Numbered from the stretch's first letter, positions 25,313 through 33,056 are shown. The stretch: 38,040 nucleotides of DNA from an uncultured bacterium (GCA_963725235.1 CAVRXN010000001.1:1-38040), one strand, 5' to 3'. Made by a program: numbers and translations. The notes: generated from the letters alone by a model not told the origin.

Positions 25313-25493
25313 ATATAATCCTTTCTGGGTCTGGGTTCTGTGGAAAGTTAAGCAGAAAAAGATTGAGCAGTCAATCGAATGACGGCGGAGGGCGATCCAA
25401 ATGCTTGCTTTCAGCGGAAATTAATGCTAAAATAAAATCTCATGTAAGGTAGCGAGCGGCAGGATTGTATATAATAATAAGTAGACTAAAACC

Positions 25494-25694
25494 ATGAAAG
25501 AAATCAGGAATATCAACAAACTCATACAGGCAAAACGGGTCGCTGACGAGCGGATCGAAAAGATGACCCCGAAGGAAAAAGAAAAGCTTGAAATCAAGCT
25601 CGACATTGAACACGCCTATTATTCGAGCGCTCTTGAAGGGAGTCGTTTGGATCGGAAGACATTCGAAGAACTCGGCAAGAAAGTGGCTGCATAA
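25494..25694 (+). CDS. small protein carrying a Fic inhibitory-helix motif (FicA/VbhA-like antitoxin candidate)
   Basis: 66 aa, with YYSSALEGSRL matching the [ST]xxxE[GN] alpha-inh motif. It ends 17 nt before the Fic gene, in a different frame, with several stops between. Confidence 0.6.
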   Translation: MKEIRNINKLIQAKRVADERIEKMTPKEKEKLEIKLDIEHAYYSSALEGSRLDRKTFEELGKKVAA

Positions 25695-25710
25695 ATAATT
25701 TAATACGGCA

Positions 25711-26349
25711 GTGTACTACGAGCGCCCGAAGGATGAAGAAGAATTACAGAAACGGGAGGCGATTGGAACCATCCGCGCCTCGCGTTTCGTAAGAGAGTTC
25801 GCAAAATCAGATAAGCCGATTGATAGCGGTGTGGTTTATGACATCCACAGACAAATTTTCAAGGACGCATGGCCTGAAATTGCGGGTGTGTTACGGACAG
25901 AGGAAGCGATGATTACCGATTCGTCGCATCTTCCGCCGCACTACTCCCAAGTGCCCGGCTCGATGATCGAGCTGGGGCGCGAACTCCAAGAGCGGATGGA
26001 AGCGTTGAAAAAGCTGCCGACAATGAACCATCCCGGTATTGATCTCAATGAAAACGAAATGACAATGATCGAAAAGATCATTGAGGTAACGGCATGGGTG
26101 CATCATAAAGTTGTTTATATCCATCCCTTCGTGGACGGCAACGGACGAACTGCGCGGCTCATGGCAAACCTCGTCCTTGAACGGTGCCGCTTGATCGGCA
26201 TTTCCATTAAAGTGGAACGGGAAAACAAAAACCGCTACCGGCAGGCGTTGCAGCAGATTGACCAGCACGGAGACTATGGACCGCTGGAAGACATCATTGC
26301 GGAAGGCTTGATTGACCGCTACAACGGTATTCATGATCGGATTGTTTAA
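25711..26349 (+). CDS. Fic domain protein (AMPylase-type, FicT-like)
   Basis: Canonical active-site motif HPFVDGNGRTARLMANL. GTG start. This polypeptide has no inhibitory motif of its own. Confidence 0.85.
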   Translation: MYYERPKDEEELQKREAIGTIRASRFVREFAKSDKPIDSGVVYDIHRQIFKDAWPEIAGVLRTEEAMITDSSHLPPHYSQVPGSMIELGRELQERMEALKKLPTMNHPGIDLNENEMTMIEKIIEVTAWVHHKVVYIHPFVDGNGRTARLMANLVLERCRLIGISIKVERENKNRYRQALQQIDQHGDYGPLEDIIAEGLIDRYNGIHDRIV

Positions 26350-26370
26350 TCGTACAAAAGCCCACACAAA

Positions 26371-26823
26371 ATGAACAACATCATACCTCCCGACATTTTG
26401 AATTATCTCCACTCCCAAGATTTGTGCGTTTTCGCGATCGAAATGATGGATGGCTCGCCGCATGCGGCAACGGTTCATTTCGCGAATTCTGAAGATCCTT
26501 TCCTGTTCTTTTTTGAAACCGATCGCACCTATCACAAGAGCGAGGCACTTTTCGGCAGGCCCATGAGCCGGGCGTCGGTGGTCATCGGCGTTGACGGAGT
26601 GAATAAGAGAACATTGCAAATGGATGGCGAAGCCCGCCTTCTTCAAGACGAAGAAAAAGAATTATTTCAAAAAGTTTATTACGCAAAATTCCCGAAGAAA
26701 GTCGAAAAGCCCGCGAGCCCTAGCCCCGTATTCTTCGTGTTCACGCCGACGTGGTGGCGGTTCACTGACTACATGGATCCGGCGGGCAGGCGCATCCTTT
26801 CTTCGGATAAGATGGCCAACTAA
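26371..26823 (+). CDS. pyridoxamine 5'-phosphate oxidase-like FMN-binding split-barrel protein
   Basis: CVFAIEMMDGSPHAATVHFANSEDPFLFFFETDRTYHKSEAL..LQMDGEARLLQDEE..FFVFTPTWWRFTDY is the typical PNPOx-like layout. Confidence 0.7.
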   Translation: MNNIIPPDILNYLHSQDLCVFAIEMMDGSPHAATVHFANSEDPFLFFFETDRTYHKSEALFGRPMSRASVVIGVDGVNKRTLQMDGEARLLQDEEKELFQKVYYAKFPKKVEKPASPSPVFFVFTPTWWRFTDYMDPAGRRILSSDKMAN

Positions 26824-26859
26824 CAAAAAAGCTCGCCACCGGAATTACGATAGCGAGCT
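26824..26859 (-). terminator. terminator candidate for the minus-strand membrane-protein operon
   Basis: 7-bp stem AGCTCGC (26830-26836) / GCGAGCT (26853-26859). On the minus strand a T6 run follows it. Confidence 0.45.
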
Positions 26860-26880
26860 GAGGTATGATGCGCAGTCATG

Positions 26881-27249
26881 TCATCGCCGCCTGAAAAGCG
26901 GTCGAAGCATGATGCGATAGGCGAGGATGATGATGCCGATCATCAGGAGTCCGCCGAGGATCCCTTGATGCGTCAGCACGAAGATCGCAACGGCTGCGGC
27001 CGCGATCCACCCGAACACGCGCGGGTGACTCATGAAGCCACGGCATGATGCCCAGAGTTCGGGGCCGAGGAAGCCGACTACGGATGCGGCGAGCGTCCAC
27101 AAGAATGCGGAACTGAAGTCGCCAGCGATCCACAGTGCGATGAGGGCGAGCAAGCTGCATCCGCCCCAGATGGCCCACGCCTGCCAAAGTTGGTGGCGCA
27201 GTCGGGCGGTGAGTGCACCGCCGAAAGGTAACATGAGAATGAAAAGCAT
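26881..27249 (-). CDS. small polytopic membrane protein, unknown function
   Basis: Track ORF preceded by GGAAGGGAG. About 4 hydrophobic helices. Confidence 0.6.
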   Translation of the reverse strand: MLFILMLPFGGALTARLRHQLWQAWAIWGGCSLLALIALWIAGDFSSAFLWTLAASVVGFLGPELWASCRGFMSHPRVFGWIAAAAVAIFVLTHQGILGGLLMIGIIILAYRIMLRPLFRRR

Positions 27250-27269
27250 TGAGGTCTCCCTTCCTCTGG

Positions 27270-27470
27270 TTAGCGGTTCAGCACTTTCCTCGTCGTGAAG
27301 AAGAGCGCCTTAGCCGCGAATCCGAATCCGTGGACGACGAACTTCGCCGTCGGCACGAACAGTTTGAACGGGTCGTGGATTTTCACCAACGACCTCGCCC
27401 AATTCTTCGCCGGTTTACGGAACTGATTTGCAGCTCTCCGCATGTCCCGACCGTACGTCAGATACGGCAT
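27270..27470 (-). CDS. small basic protein, unknown function
   Basis: Track ORF preceded by a strong GGAAGGAG. It lies 20 nt upstream of the membrane-protein gene, so the two look like an operon. Confidence 0.5.
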   Translation of the reverse strand: MPYLTYGRDMRRAANQFRKPAKNWARSLVKIHDPFKLFVPTAKFVVHGFGFAAKALFFTTRKVLNR

Positions 27471-27499
27471 GGTATTCTCCTTCCTATTGAATTTTCAAA

Positions 27500-27542
27500 C
27501 ATCATCTGAAATCGCTATCGCTTATAACGAACTCAGATGATG
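27500..27542. promoter_or_regulatory. 10-bp perfect inverted repeat (operator candidate)
   Basis: CATCATCTGA (27500-27509) and TCAGATGATG (27533-27542) with a 23-nt spacer, 30-70 nt upstream of the 27470 start. Confidence 0.35.
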
Positions 27543-27600
27543 TGGGGAAGCAGCGTTTTACGGCTGCCTCCCCGGGTTTGTGTTTGTCGGTTTCTCCCCC

Positions 27601-28185
27601 TCAGAAATCGAAGCTATCAAAATCTTTCGGTGGCTTGTAGGGAGCGCGCTTGTTTTTTGAACGCGCGCGATAGTTGTACATGGTGAAGAATGGACGAGGA
27701 TCGTGGCAACGTTCCCAACCTTCGGGAGTTTGCCGTTCGAACTCCGACCATTCGTCAAAGTCGCCGCAAGAGAAATTTTCTTCCCTGAACCCTTCACGCG
27801 GAAACCACGTTGCGAGCTCAATGAAGTCATTTCCCTCCCAGACGACTTCGCCATGCCGTTCCCGATCGAAATGCGCTCCGGGAACGTGCAGGAACTTAAT
27901 GAATCGGCACCGGACATCTTTCCGAAGAAGTCCGACCGGCGTGATCCACCACGGTCTGGCCTTGAGGCCTCTGCTTTCTTTTTCCTCTACAAAAAGAAGC
28001 GTGTCTCCGGGCTTTGGCTCCTCTGAGCCTTCACCGAGAGCGAACGTAAGAGTGGGATACTCTCCGGCTGTCGTTTCTGTCCGACCGCCGTCGTTCAGGT
28101 GGAAGAATACTCGTCCACCATCTTCTTTCACGAGAAAACCGAACTTTTTGGTTTTGTCGAAGAACTGTACTGTACCTGTTTTCAT
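27601..28185 (-). CDS. cold-shock-domain (CspA-like) N-terminus fused to an unknown roughly 130-aa C-terminal domain
   Basis: Track ORF trimmed to ATG 28185, preceded by AAAGGAGAAGG. MKTGTVQFFDKTKKFGFLVKEDGGRVFFHL matches the CSD RNP1-like core (KGFGFI type). The C-terminal part is Trp/Glu/Arg-rich with no recognised family. Confidence 0.65.
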   Translation of the reverse strand: MKTGTVQFFDKTKKFGFLVKEDGGRVFFHLNDGGRTETTAGEYPTLTFALGEGSEEPKPGDTLLFVEEKESRGLKARPWWITPVGLLRKDVRCRFIKFLHVPGAHFDRERHGEVVWEGNDFIELATWFPREGFREENFSCGDFDEWSEFERQTPEGWERCHDPRPFFTMYNYRARSKNKRAPYKPPKDFDSFDF

Positions 28186-28416
28186 CTTGCCTTCTCCTTT
28201 CAAGAGAGAAAGCGTTGATCTGGCTTGCTTCTTTCTCTTGCGAGAATGGGGAAGCCTCTTGGCTCGATCCGCCGCTGTACCCCGTAATCGGCAGATTGTG
28301 ACCCTCTTACGCAGGGTGTGCCACTGGGAGATATGATACCATGGCGCTATTGACTTTGTCAAGCTCGGATGTTATTCTTATCCGCAGCACATACAGGTGC
28401 TAGAAAGAGAGGCTAC

Positions 28417-28830
28417 ATGGTAGCAGAACGGATAAACAAAGCTGAACTCGCCGAGCGTTTGGTGAGATCAGAGCGGCGGCTCGTAGAGTTTGAAAACGAC
28501 ACCACGGGCAAGTACGGCTTTCTCATCGAAAACGAGAAGGATGTGCTCCGTCGCACGCTTGACCGGCTTCCCGAGAACGAGGAGACGTACGCGCTGCTTT
28601 CACACGCGGCTCGCTATGTCGATCTCTGCGACGCTCGCAAGGCAGCCTTGGATCATTCGATCCTCGGTCGTCTCGGCGATCGCGCCATGATGTTGAGCTA
28701 TGTCCGCGATACGGGCGACCAGCAAAACCTGACCTTGGGTGGCGACGATTCAGTGCTCGAAGAGGCATGGGCGAAGCTCGCGAAGGCGTTGCCGACCGAG
28801 GCTAGAAACGATTTCTTTCCCGGCTCCTGA
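28417..28830 (+). CDS. hypothetical soluble protein
   Basis: Track ORF trimmed to ATG 28417. Helical sequence that looks protein-like to the end (..SVLEEAWAKLAKALPTEARNDFF). Confidence 0.55.
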   Translation: MVAERINKAELAERLVRSERRLVEFENDTTGKYGFLIENEKDVLRRTLDRLPENEETYALLSHAARYVDLCDARKAALDHSILGRLGDRAMMLSYVRDTGDQQNLTLGGDDSVLEEAWAKLAKALPTEARNDFFPGS

Positions 28831-29270
28831 TAGCATTCGAGGATGAGCGGGCCAGAGGCGATGATAACCGCGATCGTACTTGCGATAATCGCATTGTATG
28901 CTCCTGAGCGTGCCCACACGATTATGCAAGCGACGATTAGAGCCACGATCATGGTTTCGAACCATGTCCACGTGAAGTTTTTCGACCTCAAGATGAAGGC
29001 AGAAGCCACGGCCGAACTTATCGCATAGCTGAGCGGGATAAGATAATTCCCGTGTTGGTAGATCGTGCTTGCCGCATTGATACTATCAAGTGCGGCCCAC
29101 AGAATCCATGTTGCGAAACTTTCATGAACTTTACCTCGATAAACACCGCGGCAAAGCTGGATATAGATGGGGATACTGACAGCAAAACTTGCGAGCGTAA
29201 ATGGGCTCACGGTTCGCCTCCTTTCCGTTGTGGTGTGATGTACTGTTGAGATCTGGGAAGAGTATATCAA
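28698..29270 (-). CDS. polytopic membrane protein, both ends uncertain
   Basis: The hydrophobic core is FATWILWAALDSINAASTIY..IVALIVACIIVWARSGAYNAIIASTIAVIIASGPLILECYQEP. The last roughly 40 codons run antisense through the end of the 28417 gene and look non-coding. Confidence 0.45.
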   Translation of the reverse strand: MIYSSQISTVHHTTTERRRTVSPFTLASFAVSIPIYIQLCRGVYRGKVHESFATWILWAALDSINAASTIYQHGNYLIPLSYAISSAVASAFILRSKNFTWTWFETMIVALIVACIIVWARSGAYNAIIASTIAVIIASGPLILECYQEPGKKSFLASVGNAFASFAHASSSTESSPPKVRFCWSPVSRT

Positions 29271-29329
29271 AATTTTTTGACAAAGTAAAGCTAATGTGAT
29301 AAATTACGGGCAGAGAAGGAGACAATACA

Positions 29330-30217
29330 ATGGAATATGGTGAATTGAATGGACATTCCGTCGGAATCATCATGAAAGAGATGATCCGGCGCGCGATCAC
29401 GGCAATTCGGCGAGAGCGATTTCTCTTCGAGGCGACTCACAAGGAAAATGCCTATAAGGCTGGTGGCAAGGAAGATTTTGTCACCACGGCCGACAAGGCG
29501 GCTCAGCGGATTTATGTAAAGACGATTCAAGAGTGTTTTCCGCAGTATGGCATCGTCGCCGAGGAGGATGAGTTGAAAGTGGCCTGTACGCATCCGCTTC
29601 TGAACATCTTTTTCACTATCGATCCGCTCGATGGCACGAAGGCTTTCATGCGGCGTCAGTCTCATGGCGTTGGTACTATGATATCGCTCGTCTGCAATGG
29701 GAAGGTTATTGCGGCGGGCGTTGGCGATGTCATGACGGAAGAGATTTACTACTTTCGGCCAGGATCGGATAAGGTGCATCGGTTGAGTGAATTCAACCAA
29801 GCAGAGGTGCTTACCATCGATCCGGATTGGTCGCTTCGCGAGCAGTATGTGCTCTTGGGAGATGACCCTCAGATCCATTCGCCATTTGTCGTCGATTTAA
29901 TTCACCCAACAGGATCGGCGTTCAAAGATATCGAGGTGAGTGGCGGGAGTATCGGCATCCGCATGGCACGGCTTTGGAAGGGGGAAGTTGGTGCAGTGAT
30001 CCTCCGACCGGGCTACGAGATGCCTTGGGACGTCAATCCCATCATCGGTATTTCGCAGCAGCTGGGATTTGATTTCTGGGCACTGCCTCCCGTGAAGAGT
30101 ATCGTGGATGCAGAAGTGTTTAATCCTTTGGTGACAGGAGATGTCCAGAAGTGGCGATTCGAAACGCTCATCACCCATTCCAGTCATCGCTCCGAAGTTG
30201 TATCGATTCTTTCGTAA
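29330..30217 (+). CDS. inositol monophosphatase / CysQ-family phosphatase
   Basis: DFVTTADKAAQ, GIVAEED, the metal-binding motif FTIDPLDGTKAF, and a distal WDVNP block. GAAGGAGA lies upstream. Confidence 0.8.
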   Translation: MEYGELNGHSVGIIMKEMIRRAITAIRRERFLFEATHKENAYKAGGKEDFVTTADKAAQRIYVKTIQECFPQYGIVAEEDELKVACTHPLLNIFFTIDPLDGTKAFMRRQSHGVGTMISLVCNGKVIAAGVGDVMTEEIYYFRPGSDKVHRLSEFNQAEVLTIDPDWSLREQYVLLGDDPQIHSPFVVDLIHPTGSAFKDIEVSGGSIGIRMARLWKGEVGAVILRPGYEMPWDVNPIIGISQQLGFDFWALPPVKSIVDAEVFNPLVTGDVQKWRFETLITHSSHRSEVVSILS

Positions 30218-30224
30218 ACACACG

Positions 30225-30260
30225 GCGGCCTGCTCTCACTAAGCGGGCCGCTTTTTCTTT
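30225..30260 (+). terminator. rho-independent terminator
   Basis: 9-bp stem GCGGCCUGC (30225-30233) / GCGGGCCGC (30243-30251) with one G-U pair, 9-nt loop, then TTTTTCTTTT. Confidence 0.7.
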
Positions 30261-30358
30261 TCCAGAGGGAATTATCTAGACACGAGGGTTCAGGGAGAGG
30301 TCTAGTGGGCGAAGCGTTAACCGTTCCCAATCTGAACAATATCTAAAAAACGTAATCG

Positions 30359-30410
30359 TTGCGCGATTTCTTGCGCGATTCTTGCGCGATTATCTGATTG
30401 GGGGTATAGT
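30359..30410 (+). promoter_or_regulatory. three tandem TTGCGCGATT repeats overlapping a promoter that predicts a leaderless fic transcript
   Basis: Copies at 30359-30368, 30371-30380 and 30382-30391 (periods of 12 and 11 nt). TTGCGC of copy 3 can serve as the -35 box, then a 17-nt spacer and TATAGT (30405-30410). The ATG lies only 6 nt further, at 30417. Confidence 0.5.
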
Positions 30411-30416
30411 GTAGAT

Positions 30417-31475
30417 ATGTTCGCCCCGAAGTATAAATTGAGCAATAGGATCGTTAGCATGCTTACCGCCATCGCCGAGGCGCGGTCAATCATTAGCCGT
30501 GCCAAGCTTTTGCCGAAGCAGGAGCTCCGTTTACGGAAGCAAGCTTTGATTCGCATGACGCACGCCTCGACGGGAATTGAAGGTAACATCCTCAATCTCC
30601 GCCAGGTTGAAGCGATCGTCGAGCGTAAAAAAGTGGATGCGCCGGTTCGTGATGTTTACGAGGTGCAAAATTATCTGAAAGCGATCCGTTATATCACGCG
30701 CATTGTCGAAGAGAAGGATCTTATCACCGAACGGACTATCCTTGCGATCCATCATCTCGTGACTGACAAAACGCTCCCGGCAGAGCAGTCCGGCCATTAT
30801 CGAAAAGGGCCGGTCTATGTCGTTCGTCGTCGAGCGGGGATGCCGCAGGAAATTCTCTACACCGCTCCTGATGCAAAGCGAGTTCCGCAGTTGATGAAAG
30901 ACCTGGTCGCGTGGCTGCGCGAGAGTGAGCGAGAAGATATTCATCCCATCATCGTCGCAGGGGTCGTGCATGCCGAGATTGCCGCAATCCATCCCTTCAC
31001 GGATGGCAACGGCCGTACCGCCCGTGCGCTCGCTACGCTGGTGCTTTACGCCCGTGGCTATGACTTTCGGCACCTCTTCGCCCTTGAGGATTACTATAAC
31101 CAAGAGCGTCCGAAGTACTACGCCGCGATTAACATGGGCAAAACCTATGAAGAGCGAAAAGTAGCCGATCTCACCCGATGGATCGAGTATTTCGTAAAGG
31201 GATTCAGGGTGGAGATCGATAACGTGAAAACACGGGTTATTGCGCTCTCGAAAAGGAAAGTCGGCGATAGCATCCACTCGCAGATTTATCTCGATAAAGA
31301 TCAGTCGATGGTTCTCGATTTCCTCGATCAAATGGGAAGGATTACCGTACAGGACCTAATAGATATTTTGCAATGCCCAAAACGCACCGCGCAGTTGCAC
31401 CTGCAGAAACTGAAGAAAATAAATATGATCAAGCAAGTCGGCAAAGGGCCATCGTCGGCGTATATAGCCGCCTAA
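30417..31475 (+). CDS. class II-type Fic protein with N-terminal inhibitory helix and C-terminal winged-helix domain
   Basis: HASTGIEGN matches [ST]xxxE[GN]. The active site is HPFTDGNGRTARALATL. The C-terminal wHTH is LDFLDQMGRITVQDLIDILQCPKRTAQLHLQKLKKINMIKQVGKG. Confidence 0.85.
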   Translation: MFAPKYKLSNRIVSMLTAIAEARSIISRAKLLPKQELRLRKQALIRMTHASTGIEGNILNLRQVEAIVERKKVDAPVRDVYEVQNYLKAIRYITRIVEEKDLITERTILAIHHLVTDKTLPAEQSGHYRKGPVYVVRRRAGMPQEILYTAPDAKRVPQLMKDLVAWLRESEREDIHPIIVAGVVHAEIAAIHPFTDGNGRTARALATLVLYARGYDFRHLFALEDYYNQERPKYYAAINMGKTYEERKVADLTRWIEYFVKGFRVEIDNVKTRVIALSKRKVGDSIHSQIYLDKDQSMVLDFLDQMGRITVQDLIDILQCPKRTAQLHLQKLKKINMIKQVGKGPSSAYIAA

Positions 31476-31783
31476 GTACACTTAACCCATGCTCAAGAAA
31501 ATTTCCGGTGGCACGGCGGCGCACGCTATGCCGGCAGACCTAAAAAAAGCTCTCACGTCCGATCCCAAAGCCCTTGCGAAATGGGAGGATATTACGCCGC
31601 TCGCGCGCAATGAGTGGATCTGTTGGACCATCTCCGTCAAATCGCCGGAGAAACGCCAGGAACATATTAAGCGCGTGTGCTCGGAACTGAAAGAGGGGAT
31701 GCGGCGGCCATGTTGCTGGGCGGGTTGCATGCATCGCAAGGATAAGGCATTAAGTCGTTCGCAGAAGTTCGTGTTGGGGAGGC
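31476..31783 (+). repeat. direct repeat copy A (YdeI/OmdA gene plus 13 nt of upstream sequence)
   Basis: Aligns by eye with 35230-35539. It includes a 59-nt identical core gcccttgcgaaatgggaggatattacgccgctcgcgcgcaatgagtggatctgttggac. Confidence 0.8.
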
Positions 31784-31812
31784 GGACTAACGAGAAGCCG
31801 ACTAAAAAATAA
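31489..31812 (+). CDS. YdeI/OmpD-associated (OmdA) family protein, copy A
   Basis: PADLKKALTSDPKALAKWEDITPLARNEWICWTISVKSPEKRQEHIKRVCSELKEGMRRPCCWAGCMHR is the typical OmdA layout. Confidence 0.7.
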   Translation: MLKKISGGTAAHAMPADLKKALTSDPKALAKWEDITPLARNEWICWTISVKSPEKRQEHIKRVCSELKEGMRRPCCWAGCMHRKDKALSRSQKFVLGRRTNEKPTKK

Positions 31813-31829
31813 ATTGTGGGCGAAGCGAT

Positions 31830-31865
31830 AAGAAATAAATAAAAGGAGGCGAATTACTTCGCCTC
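31830..31865 (-). terminator. rho-independent terminator after the XRE gene
   Basis: GAGGCGAA (31846-31853), loop TTAC, TTCGCCTC (31858-31865). On the minus strand CUUUUAUUUAUUU follows. Confidence 0.6.
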
Positions 31866-32276
31866 TCATATCGGTTCTTTTATCGCGTTGCGCAGTGTCG
31901 CGCAAAGCTCAGGGATGCTTTTAGTCAACTTTTCTTGAAGGATCTTGTTTTCAAGGAAAAGATCGATGTCCTCTTCAGAAACATTGTCGAGCATCTTCCG
32001 AAAAAACTTCGCCAACATGTTTCTTTTCTCCGTCGGCGGATCTTCGGGTATATGAGTACCGTCTATAATTACACTGAATTCTTGTACTGTCATCCCGAAG
32101 ATGTCTGCAGCGAGGACTCTATGCTCATAAGACATCACGGCTTCACCCGTTTCCCAACGAGACACCATCTTTTGGGCGTAGGTCTCACCCCTATGCTTGT
32201 CTTTTAGAACGGCATCGCCGAACTGTTGTTGGCTCATCTGATGCTTCTTACGTAAAGCTCTCAATCCATCGTTCAT
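31866..32276 (-). CDS. XRE-family helix-turn-helix regulator with C-terminal extension
   Basis: LRALRKKHQMSQQQFGDAV..QKMVSRWETGEAVMSYEHRVLAADIFGMTVQEF. Track ORF trimmed to ATG 32276, preceded by AGGAGAAA. Confidence 0.75.
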   Translation of the reverse strand: MNDGLRALRKKHQMSQQQFGDAVLKDKHRGETYAQKMVSRWETGEAVMSYEHRVLAADIFGMTVQEFSVIIDGTHIPEDPPTEKRNMLAKFFRKMLDNVSEEDIDLFLENKILQEKLTKSIPELCATLRNAIKEPI

Positions 32277-32357
32277 TGCTCGTTTCTCCTGCTGGGCGCA
32301 TTTTATCATGAATTAAAAAATCTGTCGACTTATAGTCTATTTTGTTATAATTAACCC

Positions 32358-32960
32358 ATGCGCAAAATTATCACGACAACATTTCTAACCCTCGACGGCG
32401 TCATGCAAGCGCCGGGCGGTGCGGAGGAGGATACGACGGGTGGTTTCAAGTATGGCGGCTGGCAAATGTCCTTTCCGCGCGACGAGATGACGGGTTCCAT
32501 GCTGATGGAATTTATGAACCTTCCGTTCGAGCTGCTCCTCGGCAAAACGACCTATGATATTTTTGCCTCGTTTTGGCCTCAGCATGATGAAGGTCCGGTC
32601 GGCATCCCGTTCAACAAAGCGAAAAAATATGTCGTGTCGCATGAATCGTTCGAGCCCGCGTGGAGTAACTCGGTTTGCATCACCGGCGATGTCGTGGCGC
32701 AGATCGCGAAACTCAAGCAAGAGGATGGGCCGGATCTCTGGGTGTGGGGCAGTGGGAATCTTATTCAGACGTTGCTCAAAAATCATCTGATCGATCGGAT
32801 GCATCTCTGGATATTTCCGCTTACACTCGGGAGTGGAAAACGATTATTTGCCGAGGGTACGCAGGCGGAAGGTTTCAAACTTGTTGAGTCGAAAATTTCT
32901 GGGACTGGGGTGATCGTTGCGACGTATGAGCCGGATGGGGCGGTGAAGGTTGGGGGCTAG
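32358..32960 (+). CDS. dihydrofolate-reductase-like (RibD C-terminal domain) family protein
   Basis: MRKIITTTFLTLDGVMQAPGG..GGW..LLLGKTTYDIF..WP..KYVVS..LWVWGSGNLIQTLL..LIDRMHLWIFPLTLGSGKRLF is the typical RibD_C/YyaP pattern. Confidence 0.8.
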   Translation: MRKIITTTFLTLDGVMQAPGGAEEDTTGGFKYGGWQMSFPRDEMTGSMLMEFMNLPFELLLGKTTYDIFASFWPQHDEGPVGIPFNKAKKYVVSHESFEPAWSNSVCITGDVVAQIAKLKQEDGPDLWVWGSGNLIQTLLKNHLIDRMHLWIFPLTLGSGKRLFAEGTQAEGFKLVESKISGTGVIVATYEPDGAVKVGG

Positions 32961-33022
32961 GGTGAAGAGATTGAAGGAGGAGGTGTATAAATTTGTCAAT
33001 AAAATGGCCATATTTCTGATTA

Positions 33023-33056
33023 TGTATAGATTTAAGACAATCTTGTATAGATTTAA
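33023..33056. promoter_or_regulatory. two direct TGTATAGATTTAA repeats upstream of the MerR-GHKL gene
   Basis: Copies at 33023-33035 and 33044-33056 (21-nt period), 40-70 nt upstream of ATG 33095. Confidence 0.4.

Noticed and set aside
25891-26646. 251-aa minus-strand ORF. Similar antisense ORFs occur at 30531-31331, 27674-28336, 6085-6615, 4255-4800 and 2215-2733.
   Set aside because: Each lies opposite a gene with clear family motifs (Fic, Fic-wHTH, CSD protein, integrase, wHTH, rep). Each also has an Arg/His/Pro-rich composition without recognisable motifs.
31476-32361. Integron-like gene cassettes, suggested by ACTTAAC (fits RYYYAAC) just before promoterless, SD-less genes
   Set aside because: A degenerate 7-mer match is weak evidence. 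No attC-like imperfect palindrome follows the genes. The only recombinases in the window are XerC/D-like and 25 kb away.
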